Notes: generated by a model not told the origin, from the letters alone. Counted from the stretch's first letter, positions 10,544-20,253 are shown. The stretch: DNA of 64,000 bases from Candidatus Gygaella obscura (GCA_030765485.1 JAVCCR010000014.1:14332-78331); one strand, 5' to 3'. Made by a program: numbers and translations.

Positions 10544-11335
10544 ATGAAACAAAAAGATTTTAAATATATATACGGACCTGTATCAAGCTGGCGTTTGGGC
10601 AGGTCTTTGGGGGTTGATCCCATAGGCACTTCGGGTAAGATCTGTTCTTTTAACTGCATATATTGCCAGATAGGCAAAACAACAAAACTAAGCAATAAAA
10701 GAGAAGTGTTTGTGGATACAAAAAAGCTCATCAAGGAAATAAGTTTAGTGCCGCATAAGGGTATTGATTATATTACTTTTTCCGGCATGGGCGAACCAAC
10801 CCTGGCAAAGAATTTAAAAACGCTGATAAAAAAAATACAAAAAATACGTAAAGAAAAAATCGCTGTTATTACCAATTCTACGCTTATAAGCAAAAAAAGC
10901 GTAAGAGATGATTTATTATCGGCTGATTTTGTGATTGCCAAGCTCGATGCGCCGAATGAAAGTATATATTCTAAAATAAATAGACCATTTGGATTGATAA
11001 AGCTTGATGGTATTGTCAAAGGCCTTAAGGATTTTAGAAAGGTATTTAAGAAAAGACTTGCCATACAGATAATGTTTACCGTTGTTAATAAAGATTTTGC
11101 GTATGAATTGGCCAGTTTGGTTAATTCGATTAATCCTGATGAGGTCCAGATAAATACCCCTCTAAGGCCTTCAAAGACAAAACCGTTATCAAGACCTCAG
11201 ATAGAGCGCATAAGCAAGGTTTTTGTCAAGATCTGTAAAGATATCCGTGTGGTAAGCGTATATAAATCAGCAAAGAAAAAAGTGATCTCAATCAGTCAGC
11301 CAGATACCATCAGGAGAAGAGGGAAGCCTTTTTAA
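10544..11335 (+). CDS. Radical SAM protein (COG0731-like)
   Basis: YGPVSSWRLGRSLG, CSFNCIYC, SGMGEPTL, AKLDA. Confidence 0.85.
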   Translation: MKQKDFKYIYGPVSSWRLGRSLGVDPIGTSGKICSFNCIYCQIGKTTKLSNKREVFVDTKKLIKEISLVPHKGIDYITFSGMGEPTLAKNLKTLIKKIQKIRKEKIAVITNSTLISKKSVRDDLLSADFVIAKLDAPNESIYSKINRPFGLIKLDGIVKGLKDFRKVFKKRLAIQIMFTVVNKDFAYELASLVNSINPDEVQINTPLRPSKTKPLSRPQIERISKVFVKICKDIRVVSVYKSAKKKVISISQPDTIRRRGKPF

Positions 11336-11343
11336 CTATTCTT

Positions 11344-12234
11344 ATGCAGACTTATCTAGAATGCATTCCTTGTTTTTTTAAGCAGGCGATAGAATCTTCT
11401 CGTATGATCGGCGCTTCTTTAAGAGAGCGCGAACAGATTGTAAGAAAGGTAGCAGCTTTATTAGCTCGTTCTTCATTTAAAAAAAGCCCTCCGGAGATTG
11501 CAAGTTCAATACACGCAATAATAAAATCAGTAACTAAAAATCCTGACCCCTATAAGGAAATAAAGTACTATAGCAACAGGCAGGCTTTAAGAATATACCC
11601 ATATCTAAAAAAAATAATAAAGAGAAAAAATAATCGTCTGCTTATTGCTGTTGAGCTGGCTATTGCTGGTAATATTATCGATTACGGCGTAAAGAATTCA
11701 CTTAATGTTGAGCAGGAACTGCAGAAAATCTTAGCGCAGGAAGAGCAGAATCTAAAGAAAAAGAAAAAGTTTTTTGATTTTATTCATTTTAAAAAAGACC
11801 TGCAAAAGGCCAAGACCATACTTTATCTGGCGGATAATGCAGGGGAGACGGTTTTTGATCGAGTTTTGCTGGAAGAGATAAAAGTACTTTATCCTAAAAA
11901 GCATATTCTTTATGCTGTGAAAGAAAAGCCGATTATAAATGACGCATTAAAGGAAGATGCCTTTCTGTGTAAAATAGATAAAAGCGCAGAGATTATTACT
12001 TCAGGCATGGAAGCCCCTGGAACAATCATCAAAAAATGCAGTAAGCAATTTTTAAGGATTTTTAAAACCGCAGATATGGTAATCAGCAAGGGCCAGGGTA
12101 ATTTCGAGTCATTAAGCGGCAATAAGAGAAAGATCTATTTTTTGTTCATGGCAAAATGTCCTGTGGTTGCTAATAGTATCGGTTCTAGCGTAGGAGATAT
12201 CAATCTGGTGTATAATTACCTAAGAAAATTATAA
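11344..12234 (+). CDS. DUF89/ARMT1-like metal-dependent phosphatase
   Basis: ECIPC, DPYKEIK, IAGNIIDYG, DNAGETVFD, SKGQGNFE, AKC. Confidence 0.88.
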   Translation: MQTYLECIPCFFKQAIESSRMIGASLREREQIVRKVAALLARSSFKKSPPEIASSIHAIIKSVTKNPDPYKEIKYYSNRQALRIYPYLKKIIKRKNNRLLIAVELAIAGNIIDYGVKNSLNVEQELQKILAQEEQNLKKKKKFFDFIHFKKDLQKAKTILYLADNAGETVFDRVLLEEIKVLYPKKHILYAVKEKPIINDALKEDAFLCKIDKSAEIITSGMEAPGTIIKKCSKQFLRIFKTADMVISKGQGNFESLSGNKRKIYFLFMAKCPVVANSIGSSVGDINLVYNYLRKL

Positions 12235-12245
12235 TTTAGAGCTAA

Positions 12246-12959
12246 ATGCATAAGATTTTACTTATTAAACAGGGTTCAACTAAGAAAGAACGCGCTTTAA
12301 GAAAGTGGGGTTTAAGTTTTTTAATTGATGAGGATATTATTTTTGACACCTTTGGCGCTAGAGATGATTTTATGCAGCAGGTAGATAGTCTGAAGATAGA
12401 TTTAAGGAAAATCCGCCACATTGTTATTTCGCACGATCACTGGGATCATATAGACGGCATATTTTCTATTCTGGCAAAGAATAAGGACTTAACAGTATAT
12501 TTACCTGTTCATGTAGATAAAGACTTAAAAGATAAAATTAAAGCCTCTGGGGTAAAGTTAAAAGAGGTTAGTGCTTCTTTAAAGCTTAAGGATGATATTT
12601 ATATCAGCAAAGAGATGTTTGAGAAAAAAGATAACGGTTTGATCTTTGAACAGTGTTTAGTGATTGATTCTGCCTCAGGAATAACGCTTATTGCAGGCTG
12701 TGCGCATCCGGGAATTGATTATATGGTCAGCGAAGTAAAAAAAGATTTTAAAAAGGATATTAAGCTATTGATTGGTGGGTTTCACTTAAAAGATACGCCG
12801 GAAAATAAAATAAAACTGATTATCGATAGCCTCATCAAATCAGGAGTAAAAGAGGTTGCGCCAATGCATTGTACGGGAAAAGAAGCTGTAGGTTTATTTA
12901 AAAGCTGCTTTAAGGATAAGTTTATCGATATGGATAAAATCCGCCAGATTGTTGTTTAA
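12246..12959 (+). CDS. Metallo-beta-lactamase-fold hydrolase (COG1237-like)
   Basis: WGLSFLI, FDT, SHDHWDHIDG, GCAHPG, GGFHL, PMHCTG. Confidence 0.88.
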   Translation: MHKILLIKQGSTKKERALRKWGLSFLIDEDIIFDTFGARDDFMQQVDSLKIDLRKIRHIVISHDHWDHIDGIFSILAKNKDLTVYLPVHVDKDLKDKIKASGVKLKEVSASLKLKDDIYISKEMFEKKDNGLIFEQCLVIDSASGITLIAGCAHPGIDYMVSEVKKDFKKDIKLLIGGFHLKDTPENKIKLIIDSLIKSGVKEVAPMHCTGKEAVGLFKSCFKDKFIDMDKIRQIVV

Positions 12960-13041
12960 TTTTACAAAAGGTTTATTTGCGATTATTTTTATTAAAATTT
13001 GTTCGCAATAGTTTATAGTTTCTGATAGAATAGATTTTATC

Positions 13042-13785
13042 ATGAAAGTTTTTAAAAATATCTTTATTGTTTTAGTTTTGAGCGTATTTTTATCTTCTTG
13101 CGCTTCCGCAGTGGTCAGGCCGATACCTGGGCCGATCTATAAACCAGCAGTGCCTGCTGTAAGAGCTAATATTACACATACAGTTGCACCCGGAGAAACC
13201 ATTTGGCGAATAAGTAAGATGTATGATGTGTCTATGGACAATATTATTGAATATAATAATATCAAAAGAGTAGATGATTTAAAGATGGGTGAAAGATTGG
13301 TCATTCCTCATGCCGCACCGATAAAACCGGTTATAACCTTATACCCCTCGCGAAAATGGAAATATATAATCATACATCATAGCGCAACAGATGAAGGAAA
13401 TGCTTTTTGTTTTTATAATTCCCATAGGAAAAGAGGCTGGAAAGATATAGGGTATCATTTTGTGATCGATAACGGCACCAAAGGAAAAACTAATGGTCAG
13501 ATTGAAACTACCTCACGTTGGCTTAAGCAGCAAAATGGTGCGCATTGTAAGGCCAATAGCATGAATTCAAGAGGGATTGGAGTTTGTCTTGTAGGTAATT
13601 ATAGCGAGGAAAGACTTTCTACCAAACAGCTTGATTCTTTGGTCTATCTGGTTAATACGTTAAGAAAGTATTATAAGGTTCCCATGAGTAATATCCTTGG
13701 CCACGGGCAGGTCAAAGGAGCAAGGACAGAGTGCCCGGGTAAGCTTTTCCCTTGGGCTGAATTCAGAAGAAGATTAAGTGAATGA
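13042..13785 (+). CDS. Lipoprotein LysM + N-acetylmuramoyl-L-alanine amidase (Amidase_2)
   Basis: Lipobox LSSC, LysM HTVAPGETIWRISKMY, IIIHHSAT, IGYHFVI, GHGQV..TECPG. Confidence 0.9.
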   Translation: MKVFKNIFIVLVLSVFLSSCASAVVRPIPGPIYKPAVPAVRANITHTVAPGETIWRISKMYDVSMDNIIEYNNIKRVDDLKMGERLVIPHAAPIKPVITLYPSRKWKYIIIHHSATDEGNAFCFYNSHRKRGWKDIGYHFVIDNGTKGKTNGQIETTSRWLKQQNGAHCKANSMNSRGIGVCLVGNYSEERLSTKQLDSLVYLVNTLRKYYKVPMSNILGHGQVKGARTECPGKLFPWAEFRRRLSE

Positions 13786-13811
13786 TTTTTATTCAATAAA
13801 AGGAGGCTGTT

Positions 13812-14270
13812 ATGAAGGCAAAAGAGATAATGTCAAAAAATGTTATTACAGTCTCGCCCAACGATGACGCACAAGAGGCTTTGGGTCTTCTGCAGCGCAA
13901 GCGCATAAGTGCCCTTCCGGTTGTTGATGATAAGGGTGAGGCAATCGGGATGTTTAGTGAGAAAGAAATTCTTTCCTTTGTTTTTCCCAGCTATATCCAG
14001 CATGTAGGTAAATTCGTCTACGAAGAAAATCCCAAGTCCATTAAGAAGAAATTCAACGAGCTCAAAGGGGTACCGGTAAGAAAACTCATGCGTGAGGGTG
14101 TTTTAACTATTAATGAAAATGTCACTCTTTGTGAGATAGCCCGTATCATGATGACGGAAAAGTCCCGCAGGATCTGCGTTATAGATGATAGTAAAAAGCT
14201 TTTAGGCATTGTCGGCAGATGTGATGCAATAGCTGCTTTAATCAAAGAAGCAGAAGAGGGCAAAGAATAG
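13812..14270 (+). CDS. CBS-pair protein
   Basis: IMSKNVITV, ISALPVVD, second CBS with RRICVIDD; SD AGGAGG. Confidence 0.88.
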   Translation: MKAKEIMSKNVITVSPNDDAQEALGLLQRKRISALPVVDDKGEAIGMFSEKEILSFVFPSYIQHVGKFVYEENPKSIKKKFNELKGVPVRKLMREGVLTINENVTLCEIARIMMTEKSRRICVIDDSKKLLGIVGRCDAIAALIKEAEEGKE

Positions 14271-14273
14271 TTA

Positions 14274-15656
14274 ATGATAAAGAAATTTATAATTCTTTTC
14301 AGCCTTGCGATAAGCGCCGGTATAATCGCCTCCAAGATCGGCCTTAACCGCCAGCAGGTAATTGCCATATCCATATTTTCCACCTCCATATTAGGTACGC
14401 TTCTATTTTGGGATTTTCGCTTAAGTTTTGCATTTTTGGGTACATCAATTCTATTGATTACCCGTACGATAAATATAGAAAGCGTAATTAAGTTTTCATC
14501 GTTAGAGGTAATCCTATTTTTGGTAGGGATGATGGTTTTGGTGGGTTTATTAAAAGACACAGGATTTTTTGCCTGGATTGTCAGTCTTATTCTTAGAATA
14601 AAAAATCTTAATGCTAATAGGTTTCTGATTGCGATTTCATTTCTTTCGGCGCTTTTAGCCTGCGCGGTGGATGAGGTAACTTCAATTATATTTGTGGTAG
14701 CGGCAATTTTTGAGATCTGTGATTATTTTGAGGTAGAGCCTACGCCCTTTTTGATTATATCAATTCTGGCAACCAATATCGGTTCAAGTGGTACGGTTTT
14801 AGGTAATCCTATAGGAATACTTATTGCAGCAAAATCTGGCCTTACCTTTGAGGATTTTATCCTTAAGGCATTTCCGGTGATGCTTCTTTGTCTTGGGGTA
14901 ACAGTATTAGTGGTAAAGCAGTGGTTTAAGAAACCTTTAAAAGAGCTGGATGAGAAAATAAAAGAATTCGGTTATAACGATATGCTGGTAAAGTTAATTT
15001 CTGTCCCTCCGGAAAGAGAATTAAAGATAAGTTTAGGTATTTTTGGCGTAACGCTTTTTTTTATCGCTTTGCATCATCGTTTTGAATTGCTTTTAGGTCT
15101 AGAACCCAATACGATACTTCTGATTATGCCTTTAATCTCAAGTGGGTGCGTAATGATTTGGAAACATAAACGTGCCAGGGAATATATTGAAAAGGATGTT
15201 GAATGGTGGACATTGTTATTTTTTATGCTTCTTTTTGCTCAGGCAGGCACTTTAAAATATACTGGTGCAACAGATGTTTTGGCAGAAAAATTAGTTAGTT
15301 TTGCTGGCAGCAGCGTTACTTTTTTAACAGGAATAGTTTTATGGGTTTCAGCAATCGGTTCGTGCATGCTGGATAATGTTGTTTTAGTTGCTGCATTTAT
15401 TCCGATTATACAGAGTTTTGAGGCTCTTAATATAAACATACAGCCGTTATGGTGGGCGCTTTTATTCGGCGGGTGTTTTGGCGGCAATATAACTATAATC
15501 GGCTCCACTGCCAATATTGTTGCTTTGGGGATATTAGAGAAAGACAAAAACATAAAAATAACCTTTTTTAAATGGTTTTGGATTGGCTCTACTATTGGGT
15601 TGATGACTACTACTATTGTCTGGATTGTATTAAGCATATTTCCATTTTATAAATAG
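14274..15656 (+). CDS. ArsB/NhaD/SLC13 (ion transporter superfamily) permease
   Basis: LLACAVDEVT, ATNIGSSGTVLGNP, LDNV, GGNITIIGSTANIV; about 12 TM helices. Confidence 0.88.
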   Translation: MIKKFIILFSLAISAGIIASKIGLNRQQVIAISIFSTSILGTLLFWDFRLSFAFLGTSILLITRTINIESVIKFSSLEVILFLVGMMVLVGLLKDTGFFAWIVSLILRIKNLNANRFLIAISFLSALLACAVDEVTSIIFVVAAIFEICDYFEVEPTPFLIISILATNIGSSGTVLGNPIGILIAAKSGLTFEDFILKAFPVMLLCLGVTVLVVKQWFKKPLKELDEKIKEFGYNDMLVKLISVPPERELKISLGIFGVTLFFIALHHRFELLLGLEPNTILLIMPLISSGCVMIWKHKRAREYIEKDVEWWTLLFFMLLFAQAGTLKYTGATDVLAEKLVSFAGSSVTFLTGIVLWVSAIGSCMLDNVVLVAAFIPIIQSFEALNINIQPLWWALLFGGCFGGNITIIGSTANIVALGILEKDKNIKITFFKWFWIGSTIGLMTTTIVWIVLSIFPFYK

Positions 15657-15666
15657 CGAGGTATTT

Positions 15667-16113
15667 ATGAATATAGTCGAATATATTAAAAAAGACTGCT
15701 TAGTAATGGATTTAAAATCTACTGCAAAAGAAGAAGCGGTAAATGAGATTGTTTCTTGTTTTGATAGTGAAAGCATTAAGAATAAAAAATTATTTATTAA
15801 AGAGATCTTGCAAAGAGAAGAAGAAGGTTCAACCGGCATTGGTTTTGGTGTAGCTATTCCTCATGCCCGCGCCGATCAGGTGAAAGACTTTGTAATTGGT
15901 TTTGGCCGTTCAAGAGAGGGAATTGAATTTAATTCAATTGATAAAAATAAAGTCCATATTGTATTTGTGTTAGGGGCAAACCCTAATTATATGAGCCTGT
16001 ATTTAAGGATGCTGGCGGAGTTAGCCAAGTATTTGATGTATGAGGATGTAAGAGAAAAGCTTTTGGCTGCAGAAAATGTTGATGATGTATTAGGGGTATT
16101 TAATAAGAGCTGA
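15667..16113 (+). CDS. PTS EIIA (fructose/nitrogen-regulatory type)
   Basis: REEEGSTGIGFGVAIPHAR with the phosphorylatable His. Confidence 0.9.
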   Translation: MNIVEYIKKDCLVMDLKSTAKEEAVNEIVSCFDSESIKNKKLFIKEILQREEEGSTGIGFGVAIPHARADQVKDFVIGFGRSREGIEFNSIDKNKVHIVFVLGANPNYMSLYLRMLAELAKYLMYEDVREKLLAAENVDDVLGVFNKS

Positions 16114-16136
16114 ATTCAGAATATTTTTAAATTAAA

Positions 16137-17537
16137 ATGAATAAATACGCACTAGTTTTAGCCGGAGGTAAAGGAGCGCGTCTTTGGCCGCTTTCTCGGG
16201 CCAATTATCCCAAGCAGTTCATTGATTTTATCAATGAACAGTCGCTGTTTCAGCTTACGATAATCAGGCTTTTAAGCTTTTTTAAGGCCAGTGATATTTA
16301 TTTTATCTCCCAGGATGATTACGAGTTCACTATTAAAAATCAGATTGATCAGATAAAAGGCCTAGATAGCATTAAGAAAAAAACTCTAAAAAACAATCTT
16401 ATATTTGAGCCTTGTGCGAAAAACACCCTTGCAGCAATAAGTTTGGGCATCAGGCATATCCAGGAGCATAAAAATTTAGCTGAAAAAGATCTGTTTTATG
16501 TATTTCCTTCAGATCATGTTATTGAGCCAGCGTTTAAATTCAAAAAGGCGCTTAAACAGGCAATAGATACAGCAGGCAAAGATAAGATTGTTATTTTTGG
16601 TATTAAGCCAAAGTCTCCTAAGCAGGGATACGGTTATGTATTAACTAGGGGAAGATTTGATAAAGGCTATCTAGTGGAGCGTTTTGTAGAAAAGCCTTCT
16701 TTGTCTAAGGCGAAGGCGTTATTGAAAAAAAATGCTTATTGGAATTCAGGAATATTTTGTTTTAACAAAAATCATTTTTTAAAAGAGCTTCAAAAGAACG
16801 CTCCAAAGCTACATAGGTTATATAAATGCTCTTTAAAGAAGATGCAACAGGATTTTGATAAATTAGAATCTATTTCTATTGACTATGCGATTATGCAGAA
16901 GAGTAAGGATATAGTCTTGGTAAGATTTGATCTTAACTGGTCGGATTTGGGCAGTTGGGATAGTTTTATCGAGTTTTATAAAAAAGATAAAGGCAATGTT
17001 AGTATTGGTAGGGCGGAGTTTATAGATTCAAGGGGGTGTTTTGCGCGCTCTGACAAAAGGCTTATCTCCTTTGTGGGAATTAATGATGCTATTGTCGTAG
17101 ATTCATCTGATGTGGTATTAATCGTAAAAAAGGGGTATTCCGATAAGGTAAAAGAACTTACTAGCCAAGTTGAAAAGAAAGGTCTGACCCATTTTAAAGA
17201 TAGTCTTACTGTACACAGGCCATGGGGGTATTATACGGTTTTGCATGAAGAGCCGCATTACAAGGTAAAGGAAATTGGTATTTATCCTAAAAAGGCGATA
17301 TCCTTACAGACTCATAAATACAGAAGCGAGCATTGGAATGTGGTTGAGGGCGAGCTTATTGTATTTGTTGCTGGTAAAAAGAAGAAAATTAGGCTCAATC
17401 AGAGTGTATTTGTTAGTAAAAGCACTAAACATAAAGTATATAACCCGGGTAAAAAGATTTCCAAGATAATCGAGGTGCAGATAGGTACTTACGTAGGTGA
17501 AGATGATATCAAAAGATTTGATAAATATAAAGCCTAG
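16137..17537 (+). CDS. manC: Mannose-1-phosphate guanylyltransferase / mannose-6-phosphate isomerase
   Basis: LAGGKGARLWPLSR..YPKQF, PSDH, FVEKP, WNSGIF, SIDYAIM, WSDLGSW, C-terminal cupin RPWG...HKYRSEHW. Confidence 0.93.
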   Translation: MNKYALVLAGGKGARLWPLSRANYPKQFIDFINEQSLFQLTIIRLLSFFKASDIYFISQDDYEFTIKNQIDQIKGLDSIKKKTLKNNLIFEPCAKNTLAAISLGIRHIQEHKNLAEKDLFYVFPSDHVIEPAFKFKKALKQAIDTAGKDKIVIFGIKPKSPKQGYGYVLTRGRFDKGYLVERFVEKPSLSKAKALLKKNAYWNSGIFCFNKNHFLKELQKNAPKLHRLYKCSLKKMQQDFDKLESISIDYAIMQKSKDIVLVRFDLNWSDLGSWDSFIEFYKKDKGNVSIGRAEFIDSRGCFARSDKRLISFVGINDAIVVDSSDVVLIVKKGYSDKVKELTSQVEKKGLTHFKDSLTVHRPWGYYTVLHEEPHYKVKEIGIYPKKAISLQTHKYRSEHWNVVEGELIVFVAGKKKKIRLNQSVFVSKSTKHKVYNPGKKISKIIEVQIGTYVGEDDIKRFDKYKA

Positions 17538-17538
17538 C

Positions 17539-17567
17539 TTGACAATCAAATATTTATTAAGTATGTT
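17539..17567 (+). promoter_or_regulatory. Putative sigma70 promoter upstream of rlmN
   Basis: TTGACA (17539-17544), 17-bp spacer, TATGTT. Confidence 0.5.
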
Positions 17568-17635
17568 TGTTTTTATAAATAATCATTTATGATTACATAA
17601 AGTAATAAAGCTGTTTAATTAAGATTTATGAATAC

Positions 17636-17668
17636 GCGGGGAGTTTATTCTTCCTGTTTTTTCTTTTT
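17636..17668 (+). terminator. Intrinsic terminator-like hairpin immediately before rlmN
   Basis: GCGGGGAG-TTTATT-CTTCCTGT stem (with G-U pairs) followed by TTTTTCTTTTT. Confidence 0.5.
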
Positions 17669-17674
17669 AACTCT

Positions 17675-18697
17675 ATGAACGACATAAAACAATATTCGTT
17701 AAACGAATTAAAATCCGTATTTAAAACGATGAACCTGCCGTCATTTGCTGCTGTACAGGTATTTGACTGGGTTTATAAAAAAAGAACAGAAGATTTTGAC
17801 AAGATGAGTAATCTTTCAAAAGCAACAAGAGGATTGCTTAAGGAAAATTTCTTTTGTTCATATCATAAAATAGTCGAAAGAATAAAATCAAGAGATAATA
17901 CGGAGAAATTCCTTTTTAAGCTTGATGATAGCGCTTTGATTGAGATAGTTGTGATTCCTGAGAAGACGCGTACTACTTTATGTGTTTCCACCCAGGTGGG
18001 ATGCAAGTTTAATTGTAAGTTTTGTATGAGTGCTATCGGTGGCTTTAACAGGAATTTAACTGCTGCTGAAATAATAAACCAGTTTCTGGTTGTGCTTGAT
18101 TTGATTAGGCCAGAAAGAATTACCAATATCGTTTTTATGGGAATCGGCGAGCCATTAGATAACTATAATAATTTGACTAAGGCTATTGATATTCTACAGG
18201 AACCTTTGGGCTTGGGTTTAAGTAAAAGAAGGCTGTGTGTTTCAACTTGCGGTATAATACCTAATATAGAAAGACTCGCTCAAGGTTATCCTTTGATAAA
18301 ACTTTCAGTCTCACTGCATAGCGCTTTTTCAGATAAAAGAACTCAGATTATGCCGGTAAATAAAAAATATCCTCTTGATAGATTGATAGAGAGCTTAAAG
18401 TCAGTTGCGAGAATTCAAAAATTCCCCGTAACATTTGAGTATGTGTTGTTGGATGGTTTTAATGATTCAAAGGAAGATGCATTAGAGCTTACCCGGATTT
18501 TAGATAGGTTAAGATCTAAGGTAAACTTGATTGTCTATAATCGTTCCAGTCTTAGTTTTAAGGCATCTAAAGAAAAGGCAATAAAAGAGTTTACTTTAGT
18601 GTTAAAAAATAAAGGGGTAGTTTTTACCTTGCGTCGTTCACGCGGTGAAGATATAGATGCCGCCTGTGGTCAATTAAGGGCTTCTTGGAAAAGGTAA
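17675..18697 (+). CDS. rlmN: 23S rRNA/tRNA m2A methyltransferase RlmN
   Basis: CVSTQVGCKFNCKFC, VFMGIGEP, SVSLH, TFEYV, RGEDIDAACGQL. Confidence 0.95.
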   Translation: MNDIKQYSLNELKSVFKTMNLPSFAAVQVFDWVYKKRTEDFDKMSNLSKATRGLLKENFFCSYHKIVERIKSRDNTEKFLFKLDDSALIEIVVIPEKTRTTLCVSTQVGCKFNCKFCMSAIGGFNRNLTAAEIINQFLVVLDLIRPERITNIVFMGIGEPLDNYNNLTKAIDILQEPLGLGLSKRRLCVSTCGIIPNIERLAQGYPLIKLSVSLHSAFSDKRTQIMPVNKKYPLDRLIESLKSVARIQKFPVTFEYVLLDGFNDSKEDALELTRILDRLRSKVNLIVYNRSSLSFKASKEKAIKEFTLVLKNKGVVFTLRRSRGEDIDAACGQLRASWKR

Positions 18698-18775
18698 TAA
18701 AATATATTGTCGAGAGAGTTTTTTTATGGTAAAAATCATTTTTTTCATAGGAAATTATCAAAGAAGTAATTATCT

Positions 18776-18994
18776 ATGAAAAAGATATTTAAAAAGATGA
18801 AAACGTAGGTTAACAAGAGCAAAAAGAATTCATTAAGCGGGGATGAGTTTTTCTTAAAGGTACAGCAGAAAGCCTATGAGTTGTATGAATAAAGAGGCTA
18901 CACTTCTGGTAATGAGTAGACAGATTGGTTTGAGGCGGAGAAACTTGTAAAAACAGGTAAACATAATCTAAGATTAAGAAAAATTCAAAGATAA
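18776..18994 (+). pseudogene. DUF2934-like small protein gene with three in-frame stops
   Basis: Single frame reads MKKIFKKMKT*VNKSKKNSLSGDEFFLKVQQKAYELYE*RGYTSGNE*TDWFEAEKLVK..., matching the DUF2934 pattern (AYELYExRG...DWxxAE). Stops at 18806, 18890 and 18917. Absent from the ORF track. Confidence 0.75.
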
Positions 18995-19020
18995 ATTATT
19001 TAATAACAAGTAGTTACATA

Positions 19021-19056
19021 ATAAGGGCAAGCAAAAAAGCTTGTTCCTATTTTTAT
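19021..19056 (+). terminator. Intrinsic terminator
   Basis: ATAAGGGCAAGC-AAAAAA-GCTTGTTCCTAT hairpin followed by a T-rich run. Confidence 0.55.
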
Positions 19057-19092
19057 TGAATTTAAGAGTTATTTGAGTTAAAATATTAAGCA

Positions 19093-20253
19093 ATGCAATT
19101 AATCAATTCTTTGTTGATTTTTTTAAGGCCTTTTGTTTCTGAGTTTATCTTGCCCGGGTTAACCTCCGTTTTAAATATTACTTTAGGTCTAAGTATTTCC
19201 ATATCAATTTTATTTCTGCATAGATTTAAAAAACGCAGTATCGATAATCTTTTTATCGTTTTTGTTATTGGGCTCGTATTATCTTTTATATTCTCAAAGA
19301 ATATATCTAAAAGTATTTATGCGTTGTATCAGTATTTATTGGGGATTATTATTTTCTACTGGATATTGCATAAACAAAACAAGGAAAGATTAGTTCCTTT
19401 GCTTTTGATAGCCGGTTGTATTATTGCGTTTTATAGTTTATTCCATGTTTTTTTTATAAGAGAAAAAGTAATTGAGTTTTTAACTCAGAATTCGATTAAT
19501 TATGGTTTTGCAAGAGAGTTTTTATCAAGGCAAAGGGGGTTTGTGCCCTTTGTATCGCCTAATCTTTTAGCGGGTTATCTCTCTATGCTGATTTTCATCT
19601 GTGGAGGCTGCATATTAAAGACAGTTAAGCAACGACAGTTTAATTTAGAGGCAATTATTTATTGTTTGTATTTTTTGGTTATGATTATTGCTTTATTTTT
19701 TACCAGATCTATCGGTGCATGGTTTTCAGTCGTGGGAGCACTTGTTTGTTATTTCTTAATTAAAGGCAGATCCAGTAGAAAAAGTATGTTTATATTTATT
19801 GTTTTGATCGTGGCATTTATAATAATATTTATAGTTCGTATTGGTTCAAATACTGAATTTGCTAATCCATTTTTTTCATTCGATAAGAGATTGGTTTATG
19901 TCCAGGATACGTTAAAGGTGATAGCAGCAAATCCTTTATTCGGAACAGGTGCAGGAAATTTTAGCTTAAAGGATTCACTATTCGCGCACAATTCTTATTT
20001 ACAGATATGGGCAGAACTAGGTATAGTCAGTTTTTTATCATTTTTGGGTATTGTTTATATTTTTATAAAAGAAGGGATAAGATCTGTTAGGAGGGATAAT
20101 GATTATTTAACAACTGGTTTTTTACTTGCCGGATTAAGTTTTCTTATTCATAATTTTGTTGATTTCAGCTTTTTTGTTTTTCAAGTATCCTTCCTTTGGT
20201 GGATAGTGCTAGGGTTTATCTTAAGTTCCAAAATTAATTATGCCGAAAAATAA
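19093..20253 (+). CDS. O-antigen ligase / Wzy_C family membrane protein
   Basis: SPNLLAGYL, FTRSIGAW, NPLFGTGAGNF, AHNSYLQIWAELG, HNFVDF. Confidence 0.85.
   Translation: MQLINSLLIFLRPFVSEFILPGLTSVLNITLGLSISISILFLHRFKKRSIDNLFIVFVIGLVLSFIFSKNISKSIYALYQYLLGIIIFYWILHKQNKERLVPLLLIAGCIIAFYSLFHVFFIREKVIEFLTQNSINYGFAREFLSRQRGFVPFVSPNLLAGYLSMLIFICGGCILKTVKQRQFNLEAIIYCLYFLVMIIALFFTRSIGAWFSVVGALVCYFLIKGRSSRKSMFIFIVLIVAFIIIFIVRIGSNTEFANPFFSFDKRLVYVQDTLKVIAANPLFGTGAGNFSLKDSLFAHNSYLQIWAELGIVSFLSFLGIVYIFIKEGIRSVRRDNDYLTTGFLLAGLSFLIHNFVDFSFFVFQVSFLWWIVLGFILSSKINYAEK

Noticed and set aside
12975-13012. Weak inverted repeat (TTGCGA...TCGCAA) between the MBL hydrolase and amidase genes
   Set aside because: The stem is short with a long AT-rich loop and no clear U-tract, which is too weak to call.
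17675-18697. Cfr-type antibiotic resistance methyltransferase
   Set aside because: The MGIGEP motif and housekeeping context fit RlmN.
18776-18994. Stop-codon reassignment or read-through explaining the in-frame TAG/TAA codons
   Set aside because: TAA and TAG terminate many well-conserved genes in this window at their expected ends, so pseudogenisation is simpler.
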